This document shows, one piece after another, positions 1 to 12,444 of a stretch of 64,000 nucleotides of DNA. The notes under the pieces are model-generated. The model had not been told where the DNA came from. It did no database searches and saw only the letters and a program-made list of their open reading frames with translations. The stretch comes from Octopus vulgaris (Eukaryota). The DNA lies in NCBI GenBank assembly GCA_951406725.2, contig OX597828.1:1550001-1614000 (forward strand). Direction: 5' to 3'. The stretch's first letter is position 1. Every line of letters starts with the position of its first letter. Made by a program: the position numbers and the translations under genes.

Positions 1-15
1 ATTTTATATATATAT

Positions 16-48
<33 letters not shown>

Positions 49-65
49 ATACATTGTTTAGTCCT

Positions 66-274
66 TTATCTTTTAATTTTTACTTATTTCAGTCATTTGA
101 CTGCGGCCAATGTGGGGCACCGCCTTGAAGAATTTCAATCGAACAGATCGGCACCAATACATTTTATATCTTTAAACCTGGTACTTGTTCTATCGGATTC
201 GTTTGCCGGACCTCTAACTTAAACACACTAACAGCTGTTGTCAAGCGGTAGCAGGTGATAAACACAGATACAAA

Positions 275-348
<74 letters not shown>

Positions 349-465
349 CACTCACACATTGATACATACATATACACACGACGGGCTTCTTTCAGTTTCC
401 GTCAACCAAATTTACTCACGGTCGGAGGCCATAGTTGAAGGTACTCACCACACAGCCACGCCTAT
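66..465 (-). mobile_element. tRNA-derived SINE (octopus OK/OR-like family 1), degenerate, with internal (CA)n
   Basis: Matches copies at 56003-56411 and 57667-58080 (tttcagtcatttgactgcggcc ... acgggcttctttcagtttccgtc ... cacagccac). Confidence 0.8.
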
Positions 466-491
466 ATTTTTGTTCGAACATATTTTACACA

Positions 492-558
<67 letters not shown>

Positions 559-1178
559 GCACACACACACACACACTATCCGATTACAAAAGTAGCAAAG
601 AACATTCTGTAGAATTGCAGTTCAAAACCTTCTGGTATTGTGGCAAAAACAATTCTGTTTCCTCAGATGTTAAAAAAATTCCTCAAAAAGATGACAAAAA
701 AAAAAACAAAAACAAACAAACCAAAAACTATTTTAAAGTTTAAAATTTTGAAGCAAAATTCAAAAAAAAAAAAAAATTTGGCTTTTGCTGTTTTATTAAT
801 CATTTTTGTGTCGCACAAAATTTTGAGTATGTTTTACAAGATGCTCAGATTTGGATTTTTGAAAGGCTTAAGTGCCTGAAAATCCGCGGTGCACCTAGAT
901 ATCTTTGTAGCTCACCTTTTCAGAACTATTATTCTAGAATATATAAAAATACTTAGGCATTCCATATTAAGAATCTGAATTTTTCCCCCCTTCTGAATAC
1001 AGTCGTTTTAATCGTTCATATTTTTTACTAATGGTACTTATTTTATCAGTTTGAATATCTTTATGGTATGTATTTTTAGGATCCTGGCTAAATGAGCAAT
1101 AAAGTTGATTTCAATGATTAGAATGCAAATATGAACTACATACGATGACGATGACAATGACATTAATAACCTCAAAAT

Positions 1179-1221
<43 letters not shown>

Positions 1222-1590
1222 TAATTATAATCAAAAGAAGAAGAAGAGCAACAATAAAAGATTCTATCATGAATCTGTCGAACGATTTTTACAGGCACAC
1301 ATAAGTATGCACACACATATATGTACAAGGATGTACATACAAACACGTTTGTGCATTTGTGGACAAGTAATCCGTTAAATAAATATGTATATTTAAATCT
1401 ACTTTCGATATATACCCAGTGCATTGCATGTAAAACACAATAATACACGTATTTTTATACAAACACATTCACTCATACGCGCATACATCCACACCTATAT
1501 TTAATAGTCAATCAACTCAAAATTGCACAATCATATTTATAAACACATATTATATATATATATATCCATATATACAAACACACAAATAAC

Positions 1591-1629
<39 letters not shown>

Positions 1630-1776
1630 TACACATATAAACACACTAATACACGCACACACTCTCACACACGCAAACACACACACACACATCTGCATAC
1701 ACAGTGTTATAACCTAGCATAATGTCTACATGATAATTACATTTTAGGTATTATAAGACAGTTTTAGATACCTGCA

Positions 1777-1782
1777 TTTATT
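1777..1782 (-). promoter_or_regulatory. Candidate polyadenylation signal (AATAAA) of the bHLH gene
   Basis: TTTATT on plus strand about 40 nt downstream of the stop codon; AT-rich context makes a chance match possible. Confidence 0.35.
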
Positions 1783-1820
1783 ACTAACAGTCCACTCACA
1801 CTTCTTGGCTATATGTTCAA

Positions 1821-2720
1821 TTAAGTTTTTGTATCGACATTATATGAAAGTTTTCTCTTTCTTCCAGTTCGGCGACGTCCTCGACCATCGATTGACGTAG
1901 TGTCTTTTATCAACTTGATGTCAGCGCCAGTACTCTTTAATATACTAGCCAATGCTGATATATAATGAATTGCTAATCGGAGAGTAGCTATCTTTGATAG
2001 CTTTTGGTGTTCACTTAGATTCGACTTAGGAACAACACGTCGAAGATCATCGAAGGCGTCGTTAAGCATATGCATTCGGGTTCGTTCCCGCTCCGTGGCT
2101 CCCTCACGACTGCTGTCAGTAGACTTGGACATTTGTCTAATACGCGTTCTTCCTGGTCGATGGAAAATCGATAAACTGTTGTATTTAGAAGGACTGTGGC
2201 AAACTTCTACTGGAAACGATGTTGCTGATAAATCAATCTCAGCATTTTGAAGAGATGTGTGATGTTGCAAATTATATGTGTATTGGCCTTGGTGATGTAG
2301 TTCGGTCAATGGCGTTACGTGAGATTGTTGTTGTTGTTGCTGCTGCTGTGGTTGATGATGATGATGATGATGGTCACGTTGGTGGTGACTATGATGTTGA
2401 TGAGTATTTTGTTGCAATGATGTTTGTTGCTGCTGTTGTATTTGCAAATCATTAGGTTCAGCGAGTGTCGTATAATATCCAGTTGTAGCGTATTGCGAAG
2501 ACACTGCATTGTCAAATATACTCCAGGGTAAATTTCTGTTAGTTTGGGCATTTGGTCCTTCATTCAGCGAATTGTATGACCCAGACGGGGTAGAATCAAT
2601 TGATGTATCTCGTAGGTGATAAACTGGATTTGCATCTATAGATTGAGAATGCATTGTTTGGTACGGATCCCTATCTTCTTGGTATAAACCAATAGGGTAA
2701 GCTGTTTCAAAATCCATCAT
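1821..2720 (-). CDS. Group A bHLH transcription factor, 299 aa, single coding exon, with Gln/His-rich N-terminal region; family unresolved (Mesp/Sage- or Olig-like features)
   Basis: Intact ORF with bHLH domain [58 protein letters not shown]; poly-Q/H tract; basic C-terminal [10 protein letters not shown] (possible NLS). Confidence 0.92.
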   Translation of the reverse strand: MMDFETAYPIGLYQEDRDPYQTMHSQSIDANPVYHLRDTSIDSTPSGSYNSLNEGPNAQTNRNLPWSIFDNAVSSQYATTGYYTTLAEPNDLQIQQQQQTSLQQNTHQHHSHHQRDHHHHHHQPQQQQQQQQSHVTPLTELHHQGQYTYNLQHHTSLQNAEIDLSATSFPVEVCHSPSKYNSLSIFHRPGRTRIRQMSKSTDSSREGATERERTRMHMLNDAFDDLRRVVPKSNLSEHQKLSKIATLRLAIHYISALASILKSTGADIKLIKDTTSIDGRGRRRTGRKRKLSYNVDTKT

Positions 2721-2740
2721 TTCGATGTTGTTGTAGAAAG

Positions 2741-3036
2741 TTATGTATGTATGTATGTATGTATGTATGTATCTATGTATGTATGTATGTATGTATGTAT
2801 GTATGTATGTATGTATGTATGTATGTATGAACGTACGTATGTACGTATGTATGTATGTGTGTACGTATGTGTGTATATATGAATGTATGTATAAATGTCT
2901 GTATGTATGTATGTATGTATGTATCTAGTTATGTATGTATCTTTTAAGTTATACGAATGGTCAACAGGATTTTTTGTAATTGTTTCACATTTCTGCAATT
3001 ATGCATGTATGTATGTGTGTGTGTGTGTGTGAGTGA

Positions 3037-3089
<53 letters not shown>

Positions 3090-3110
3090 TGTGTGTGCGC
3101 ACGTGTGTGT
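2741..3110. repeat. (TATG)n and (TG)n microsatellites directly upstream of the bHLH start codon
   Basis: Directly visible. Confidence 0.95.
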
Positions 3111-5069
3111 GTTATGTTGTGGGTGTAAACTCGGGATTGAAAATACTATGAAATGTTATACATATACGCATAAACTTACTATTAGTATTAAAGGCACTTC
3201 AGAGTAAGTTTGCATTTACTTGGCTAGGGATATAAATTATGTTGTTATTTAACTCCAGTTCAGCTCTGTTGGCGCTAGCCTATGATGAAAGGCGTTTTAG
3301 GCGTGATCATTCCATCTTTTCTCTTCCCAGACATAGTATATCTCCACTAGATTGTATAAATGTAGATATTGGAGAACTTTTATATAATTTGAATGTACAT
3401 GTAGAAAGAGAGATATCTGGAAGTTATACTTAACGTAGATGGATTATGATTTTTTACGTATTTTTCTCAGATGGCAAGGAGATTCTGGTTTTCTTTTTTG
3501 TAACCCAGGTTTTGATCTTTAAGTGAAATTTAACTTACGTTTATAATCATGATGATAAAATTCCATTTACGATTGTTCATTGTCTACGGCATTGATACAA
3601 TTTTTCTTTTGAATTTATTTTTCATTGTTTGTTCTTCTGAATTCTTAAAATTATTCTTTGGTACCCTCGGTTTGCATTATTTTCTTCCCGTCTTTTATTC
3701 GTTTTCATATTGCTGTGGAGATTTTTTTTTTCAAATGAGAAATAGAATCCCATGGTATAGTTTTCTCGTTGACGTAATCATTGTAACGATATAAAAGGAG
3801 TAAATAAGTATTTGTGAAAGCGTGGCAAAGAGGGTAGATGTGGGCGTGTATGAGTGCGTGCGCGCGCATATATTTTCGTGTGTGTGTGTGTGTGTGAAAA
3901 AAGAAATATATAAAGTGAATCTTGAAGAAGAAAATGAAAAAAAATAATAACAAAAATATATATTAAAGATCACTGAAATGGTTGATGTAGCCTAATGGAA
4001 GACTAACATTTTAAAAACTGCTCATTAATTTCTGTGAAAGTTAGGTAAGGATTCCATCCGATACTTTAACGGCATGACGAAAAAAACAAACAAAAAAAAA
4101 GGGAAAAATACGTTACTGGATGATTTGGTCAAAGAACTTCACATGATACCAATAGTATTTCGGTATTCTAATAACTAAACTCTCGGCATTAAGGTCAGAT
4201 TATTTTTTATTATCTTTATATTTTTCTGGTTTGAGAAATACAGATTTTTATCATCATCATCATCATCATCATCATCATTATCATTATTATTGTTGTTGTT
4301 GTTGCTGCCGTTGTGCTTGTTGTTGCTTTTGTTGTTATTATCATGCTATATATATCTCTTGAAATAATGGAACGGTCCCTTTAAACATTAAAAAGAAAGA
4401 AATCAATAGCAGCAAAGTATTTGCGGGTTTTATAGCATACTGGATCCAATGAAATGTCTTTTTGCACAGTCGCTTTCTCTTTCTTTTTTTTCTGTCTGTC
4501 TGTCTGTCTGTTACTGTCTCTGAAGAGAAAGAGAGAAGGAGGAAGGCTGAGACAAGAGACTAAAGAGCAAGGGTAGTAGGCGGAGTAGATGAAGATGAGG
4601 AATACTGCCAGGGCAGTTAAGGAGGTAGAAGAGAAGGGAAGGTGATACACGGAGGGGAGCAAAGAAAAAAAAAAGAAAAAGAAAAGAGAGGAAAGAAAGT
4701 AAGAAAAGTAGAAGAGAACGTGAAGAAAGGCGAGGAGGACGGAAGGAAGCGGAAAATATAGAAATGGCGGAAGAGGGAAGAGGGAAATAAGGGATGGTGA
4801 TGACCCAGGACAGTGAAAGGGGGACGTGTAAACTGATTGATAGAAAGCAAGAGATAGTGGTGTGTGTATGACCAGTAGGGCGACTATGATATGTTTGGGC
4901 GTGAATGAGTAAATGTACCTGTGTGTGTGTGTGTGTGACTGTTCGTGTGCGTATGTGTGTGTGTGTGTGTGTGTGATTGTACCCGTGTATGTAATTCCAG
5001 GCGGCACACAGAAAGAAAATGTGTATAAATATGTCTGTCAGTATATGTGTGTGTGAGTGTGAGTATATA

Positions 5070-5357
5070 CTTTTCTTTTATTCTTTTATTTGTTTCAGTC
5101 ATTTGACTGCGGCCATGCTGGAGCACCGCGTTTAGTCGAACAAATCGACCTCAGGACTTATTCTTTGTAAGCCTAGTACTTATTCAATCAGTCTCTTTTG
5201 CTGAACCTCTATGTTACGGTGACGTAAACATACCAACATCGGTTATCAATCGATGGAGGGCGGGACAAATACAGACACACACACATACACACACACACAC
5301 ACGACAGGCTTCTTTCAGTTTCCGTCTACCAAATCCACTCACAAGGCTTTGACGGCT
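5070..5357 (-). mobile_element. SINE family 1, head missing, followed by (TA)n 5365-5645
   Basis: Close match to 56003-56295. Confidence 0.85.
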
Positions 5358-5460
5358 AAGCAAGATATGTATATATATATATATATATATATGTATTATG
5401 TGTATGTATGTATGTATATATGTATATATGTATGTATGTATGTGTGTATATGTATGTATG

Positions 5461-5607
<147 letters not shown>

Positions 5608-6149
5608 AACACACACATACATACATATACATATGTATATGTATGCATAACTGATGTAATCTATGCGTGTGTATATGTATATGCGTATACTGATTTCAGT
5701 AAGTAAATAAATGCCAAGAATTAAAAACTGATATGTGATGGGAGAAATAGAGAAAAAACACTTTCGTTGATTTGTATAGACGAAATTGGGATAAACATCT
5801 ACAATTCCCTGGATAGACCATGAAACACTTGTGAAATTTCTTCAGAAATGCCAAATAAGCAAATAAGCTAAGGATGTGAAAATGAGGCAATAATAGAAAG
5901 AGAAGAAAGGTATTTTAAAATTCGAAGTGAAAATCGGTATGAAAAGAAACTCCATTAAAATTAATTTCTTTTTGAGAAGATTTACAACTGCTCACGCAAT
6001 AAAATATATCTTCTAAAAAAAAAAACCCCTCAGAGTATTACTGGAGGCGATTTTATGAAGAATATAAAGGACATTCATTTGTTTTAATTCAATAAACTAA
6101 GCCAAATAGTAAGATGTTATTGTTATTTGTTTTATTGACAAAATGAGGT

Positions 6150-6740
6150 ATGACTGTTGTGCTGACACAATTGTGAATGCCTGTATTGGCAGATTAGGAC
6201 ATGTCGGTGTCATTGAGTGAATAAATCTGCTTGAGGTAATGACAGGAGATTTTAGCGAGGTAGGTTATATCTACGTGATTAACGGAATAGTGTATAATTT
6301 TGATATCGACAAGTTAGGGTATGGATAAAGGAATGGGTATAACTATAACATTAAGTATAAATGGAATATTGCCAGAATGTTTTCTTCTAAGGTAGTATGA
6401 TTTGAGGGTAATTTAGCAGTAGGTCGAGCAAACTAATAAAAGTTCCCCATCGACTTGTGATGAGTGTACATAAGTAGTTTTGAGAATATAGGACATGTTA
6501 AAGTATTGACATGAAACAGAATTACATGTATCAGCATATGATGACGTATGACTGATGTATGTTTTGAAATGTGACTGGATAACGTATATTGAGATGTTGA
6601 TAAAACAGGGTACTGAAATATTGAGTATATGCAGTGTTTTGAAAATTTTAGGTATATCCAGGGTTATACATCTGCATAGAAGTTTCAGTTCTATCTGAGA
6701 TTGCCTTGGTATTGAAAGTTTTCGGTATGTCTCAACCATT
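6150..6740 (-). pseudogene. Highly degenerate LINE ORF2 remnant (post-RT region)
   Basis: FKTYISHTSSYA resembles the YKTxIRPxLEYA motif; no intact RT motifs. Confidence 0.3.
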
Positions 6741-6789
6741 TGATGGTGATGAATTCCACATTCTTATTTACATTTACGCAGAATCAGAT

Positions 6790-7300
6790 AATTGATCCTA
6801 GCATGCAGTAAACGAAATATAGTCCTTTGAACAAACTTCTAAGAGCTAGGGCACTGCACTATTTCCCAGAGAAAGGCAAAGTGAAATTTACATGTAGTGG
6901 TATAAAGTGTTAAACTAAATTTTGTAAATCCTTAAAACTTGATGCTAAAATGTTCTAAACTGGAAGAATCTTGCAAACCAAATCCAAAAACGAAAAAGTT
7001 CTGAAGTTCTATATTTACCATGATCATTATCAACGACAGTTAAGTGAAAACATCTTCACTTTAAGTAGAAATTGGAAACGGTCATGATCACCAAAAACTT
7101 GCAACTACACTGCTATGCTTACTACATTAAGTTTAAGCGACACTAAGGAAGGTACAAAAGAACGTGTTCGTGTTGTTTTGTCTAGGTTCATGGGAGGAAT
7201 TAAACTTAGCATGGCAAGGCAGTTGAAAATGAAGAATGTTGATGTGCATCTCGCATACACTTCACATAAACTTCAGCATATAGATTGTTGATAGCTACCC
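6790..7300 (+). pseudogene. Possible degenerate hAT transposase C-terminal remnant
   Basis: About 7015-7125 loosely reads like the hAT dimerisation motif (SERxFSTL..W.RS..L..AML); weak. Confidence 0.2.
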
Positions 7301-8255
7301 AGTTTCTCAACAATAATTTATAAGAAGCGCTGTGAAGTTGGAAGCATAATGTGTAAGTTTCAATTTTGAATTGTAAACAGTTTTCTGAATGTTGTTTAAA
7401 TTTTGAAGTCTGTTAAGAAGTTCACACTGTCTGATCGCTTTCTTTTATAATGTGAACAACGTTCACATTATAAAACAATTCAGTATTAAGAGCGTATATA
7501 AACAAGTCAGTATTCAGAAAAGCTTTGTAATTTCATACACTTACATTTAGAGTTTAAATATCGCTGGTATTAACTTTGCATTTTATCGTTTCAAAATCAT
7601 AATCTTTCAGCTCACTTGCTCTTATCAAATATATTGTTTCTACTTTTAATAATCTGACTCCAGTTCAATCGACTAAAACCTCGTTTAAAAATTAGCGATT
7701 TCCTTTAAAAATAAATAACTATTTACAGAATATAAAGGGAGTAAAAATAGTAAAGCGAAATTTATTGTAATTAATAAATCAGAGAAAGGACGTTAGTGCA
7801 CATGAACTTTTCAGGCTCTCCTTGGTTTATAGTTGATATTTAATTTGAACTTCTCTCAGCCAACTTTTAGAAATTTAAGTTGGAAGTGAAGCAGATAATA
7901 AAATGCGATGCTTTTTTTTGACAAGTAATACTAATTATTATTTGAAGAGCGATGTTGAGAATTAAACAAAGTTTGTAATCTGGAGAGAGGAAGAGAACAT
8001 CTAAGCCGAGTCTTTACTTTTAGCATGTGTCACGGTACTTGGAAACGACACCCAGATCATAGTTATAGTTAGAGATATATTAGATTTGACGAAGTAGGAT
8101 CGACCCCGAGATGTCATGATTATGAAACGAACTCTTAAATACCTGAATAGGCCTGCGCCCACATAATCACACACACAAATACACTCACACATACACATGC
8201 ACACACACATATTTATACATTTACACACACACAAATACATGCATACACACGTAAT

Positions 8256-8385
8256 CGCAACCACGTGGTCTCAAATTAAGTCCATCTGCGCAGGACCTTG
8301 GGTAAATAACTTTTACTATGGCCACAGGCCAACAACTGCATCCAGATAGGAATTGTCTGACCGAAACTGTATGGAACCGCTCTGT
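8256..8385 (+). mobile_element. Old degenerate SINE family 1 fragment
   Basis: caaccacgtggt...cttgggtaa...actatggcc resembles the SINE head/body in forward orientation. Confidence 0.4.
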
Positions 8386-8469
8386 GTTTATGTGCGCGCG
8401 TATGTGCGTGCAAGTGTGTAATATTCTCTCTCTCTCTCTCTCTCTCTATCTAGTGTTTTTCATATCATT

Positions 8470-10790
8470 GTGTTTAATTCATCTGCCTTAAGTATTCCCA
8501 GGTATTTATAGCGGGACTGAGGTTGAATTGCCTTTATTATCTCACCACTTGGCATTCATTCACCTTCTGTCTTGACAAGCTTTCATCGTCTCATCACCAT
8601 CGTAGCACATTTTGAGAGCTCAACCTCCATGTTAATATCATTCAAGAAAATCTGCACAGACTGGACTAGGCTGTCCAGTTTTGCCTCAGTTTTTGTGAAT
8701 TGCTTCAAGTTGTTCATGAATAGCATATGGTTCAGTTTTCCCCTACCTCTTCCCAGATCATATCCTTTTGCTTTCCTCAGAATCAGTGTCAGTGGTTTCA
8801 AGCACAGTAAAAAGATCAGTGGTGACATGCAGTCCCCTTGGAAGATACCCCTCTTTATTTCTACTGTCCTTAAGCTTCCGTATGCTGTCTGGTCCGTCCT
8901 CCAATTCGCCATACTTTTTCCAAGCAATCGCTCAACATTCGATGCAATCCCAAACAGGTTCATACATTCCATAATCCAATAATGTGGGATCATATCATAC
9001 GCCTTACGATAGTCGATCCATGACATGGCTAAGTTACTTTTCCTCCTCTTGCAGTCTCTGAGTACAGTTTTATCTATCAGGAGTTGATCCTTGGTACCTC
9101 TGCACTTACACTTGCAACACTTCTGCTCATGTGGCAGGACTCCATTTTTTTTCTAGATGTTCATACATTGACTCTGCGAGTATTCCAGTCAATAACTTCC
9201 ACATAAGTAGCAAACAGGATATCGGTCTGTAATTGTCCACCGTATTGCCTTTTTCGATGTTTTTCAGGTACAGCACTGTCCTATCCAATGTCATCTACTC
9301 TGGTGTTGCTTGGTCGGCATTTAACAAGGTGTTGAGTTGCGCAGCTATTCGTGCATCACATTCATCAAATCTTTTGATCCAGTAGCCTTGAACTCCGGGG
9401 CCTTCCAGTTGGCCATTTTTTTGCTAATTTCCTTCACTTCCCTAACTGAAATGACAATTTCTGCCTGTTTTGAACAGACTACTGTTTGTTTCAGTTCTTG
9501 CAACCATTCAGCATCCTTCTTGTGCTCCTTGTCTTTACTCCAGATGTCACTCCAAAACCTTTGACTTCCAATGTTATCTGGTATCAACTTTTCATCTGTA
9601 CACTCTCCATTTATTTCTTTATAGAATCTCTTCTGATCTACTCTGAATAAACTATTCTGGTGGTAACCCTTCATTCTTTGATCGTATCTTACCATATTTG
9701 CTTTCTTTGCAACGAGGCGTTGTTTTAGTTTCTCAATTACTACTTTCGGACCCTTTCTTTCAATATTATACTTCCTTTTCAGCGCCCTGTATTTTTGTTC
9801 GCTTTTAAGCTCCTCTTTCTCTTTTCGGTCTTACACAGAAATATCCTTCGAGAGCATGTCTAACCCTGGCTGTATTCTTCTTTTCCGCCATGGATCTTTT
9901 CTTTTGTCACTTCCATTATATTTCTTTTTCTAAACATCAACACCCACGTTTTCTGTTACAACAATACTTGTTGCCCTGATCAAATTATTTGTTTCTGTGA
10001 TGTTGTTTGTTCTGATGTATTTCAGAATTTCATTGATATTTTTTGTTTCTTGGTTCAATTTCCATCGATCAACCTTTTTAAGGTTGCAAATAATGTCGCT
10101 ATCGTTCTCGTGTAGTCTTACATTTATTCTGTCGTTGATTGCCTTTTGTTCATCTATCATGTCACTATTAGTTTTATCGTCTTCTTTTAAATCATCTATA
10201 TGTCTCTCATCAAGTAAGCTACCACTGCTTCTTTCCTGTGCTATGAGATTACTCTTATTAGTAAGAACTGTATTTTCATTCTTATCTATGCTGCTATTGT
10301 CCACGACCCGTCTTTTGATAGCTTCGAGCTCTACTTCTGTGAACCAACAATTTTTTCTTATTGCTCTAGCTTGATCATATAGTCTCTGTTCCGTGAGTTG
10401 AAACAATCCCGTTTCTCTCCAATGATCGAACATATGTTGTCGGTAACTCCTAATTTGAGCGCCATTTTAATCTACCGGTTGCTCAGGTAGTAACACTCCA
10501 TTACCACAGCTTTAATTTGCTTGCTCCATCTACGCCGTGTGTGGTGGTCCCTTTCTGGATATCGACAGGCTGGAGCCGGACCAGAATCTCTGAGCCTACC
10601 GGGTGTAACACTGTCACCATCATTGGCTTCAGTTTCGTCACCACCGTTATTCACAATATTTTGTTTTTTCCTTGTCACTCATATGAGGTAGCGATTATCA
10701 GGTTGCGCAATTACCAGTGTTTTTATTGCGACACCATCACCAGATGTATCATTAGTCAGCCCATGAGAAGGAGGAATCTCCACCCGTTTC
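8470..10790 (-). mobile_element. Dong/R4-clade non-LTR retrotransposon, N-terminal and RT part, frameshifted
   Basis: ORF pieces [51 protein letters not shown]; 5' end abuts (ATT)n at 10795. Confidence 0.85.
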
Positions 10791-11362
10791 CTTTCATTAT
10801 TATTATTATTATTACCATCACTGATATCACTGATATTAGTTTTTATGTGAAGTAGCAGCAGTGGTTGCAGCAACAGTAGCAGGGGTGGGGTAGTGGTAAT
10901 TGTGGTAGTTAGGCCTCAGATTCCTGTGCTATCATAATAGTAGTAGTGGTAGTATTATTGTAGTATTAGTAGTACTTAGCATCAGCAGCTGCAGTATTTT
11001 ATTTTTATTTTTATTGTTTTCATTATTACCATCACCACCACTACCATTGTAGTTGGACATCAGATTGGTGAATAGATCATATTCTACAGGTCTAGAAATA
11101 GATTTCGCAGATGGTGGAGAGGTCAGCCATAGAGATAAAAGGATCTTCGCACCCCTTCGGTTCAGCAGAGGTCAAATGTGTTTACTACAACCAGAGGCTC
11201 CTGACACCTCTGCCTTGAAAAGAAGCAATTCAGCCTGTCCTACTCCATCGTCCTTTTGTTTTGTTATAGTTTCCCTTTTACACTCATTGACAGGTGTTGA
11301 TGTTTCTTTCGTATTCATAATTATTATTGATGTGTAAGTGAGAGACCAAGAGACAGCAATGT

Positions 11363-11410
<48 letters not shown>

Positions 11411-11414
11411 TCAA

Positions 11415-11660
11415 TTTTGGGGGATTAATCGATATGCGGGTATTCTATTTTAGATAATACAAAAATAACCTAATGAGTATATCTGACAATAAACTCATGG
11501 TACCAGTTTGCATAATATCACGAAATAATACTTAAAGGATATAACCAAAATTACCAGCTGGGTATATATTATACTTCATTAATTATATCATACTTTAGTT
11601 AATACTTATATTTATTAAATATGAAGGAACTACACGTGTTTCAGTATTGGAAGATTACAA
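11415..11660 (-). mobile_element. Distal 3' pLTR piece of the Penelope element at 14590-18004, containing the 3' half of its hammerhead
   Basis: Minus strand caatact-GAAAC-acgt-GTA-gttc at about 11627-11649 completes the hammerhead half at about 14615-14646. Confidence 0.65.
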
Positions 11661-11686
11661 TATATATACATATACATAACTGTATA

Positions 11687-11738
<52 letters not shown>

Positions 11739-11739
<1 letters not shown>

Positions 11740-11899
11740 ATGGTTATCCGTAATAAGAAGGTGAAATTAATTAATTTGGAATAATTATCAATTACACCAA
11801 GAAGTCTTCGGCATGTATACATGCCGAATACTACTTGGTGTAATTGATAATTATTCCAAATTAATTAATTTCACCCTTCATTATTACGGATAACCATAT
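11739..11899. repeat. About 160-bp near-perfect palindrome (inverted pLTR junction)
   Basis: atggttatccgtaataa...cggcatgtatacatgccg...ttattacggataaccat; centre about 11817. Confidence 0.9.
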
Positions 11900-12093
11900 T
11901 TTATCTCAGTAGATGACCACAGCATCTTGTTTTGGCTACATGCGGGTGGGAAGGGGCTGGTGACACAATCTTTTCATTCACACTTTGAATTTGGTGATAC
12001 TAGTTGCGGATTCTAGCTCGCTCTGATACTGAGTTGAGTTGGTGCCTTCTAGTATCTCAAAATTCAATATATAATCATTTATGATTATAGTAT

Positions 12094-12193
12094 TCTACGC
12101 TGAAGAGAAAAGAAGTTTGGGTAAGGTGGAATTATTTAATATTTAATTCTTATGCTTTCCTAAAAACTTGATTTCGAAACGTGCGTCCGTAGA
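12094..12193 (+). ncRNA. Type I hammerhead ribozyme
   Basis: Stem I tctacg/cgtaga; core CTGAAGA; long stem II (gaaa...tttc); GAAAC-gtgc-GTC; predicted cleavage after C12187. Confidence 0.85.
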
Positions 12194-12373
12194 TAACTTA
12201 AAATTGTATGATAGATTGCCGTCAATTCATTCTCTCTTACCTGTTTGTGTCTGCCTTCCAATTGCTGTGTTTTTACTGAGATCTCCTTTTTAGTAGAAGA
12301 AATAGCTATAACTCTTTGACTGCTATTTCTAAATTCGGTCTGTGGTAAGGCAATTCGTTGCTAAAATTGCTTA

Positions 12374-12432
<59 letters not shown>

Positions 12433-12444
12433 TAAATACATATA

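Larger units (their letters stand above)
11739..12375 (+). mobile_element. Penelope-like pLTR fragment inserted in (TA)n
   Basis: Inverted 5' palindrome, intact type I hammerhead, (TA)n on both sides. Confidence 0.7.

Noticed and set aside
4381-5007. 208-aa hydrophobic ORF
   Set aside because: Antisense translation of purine-rich low-complexity and (GT)n sequence.
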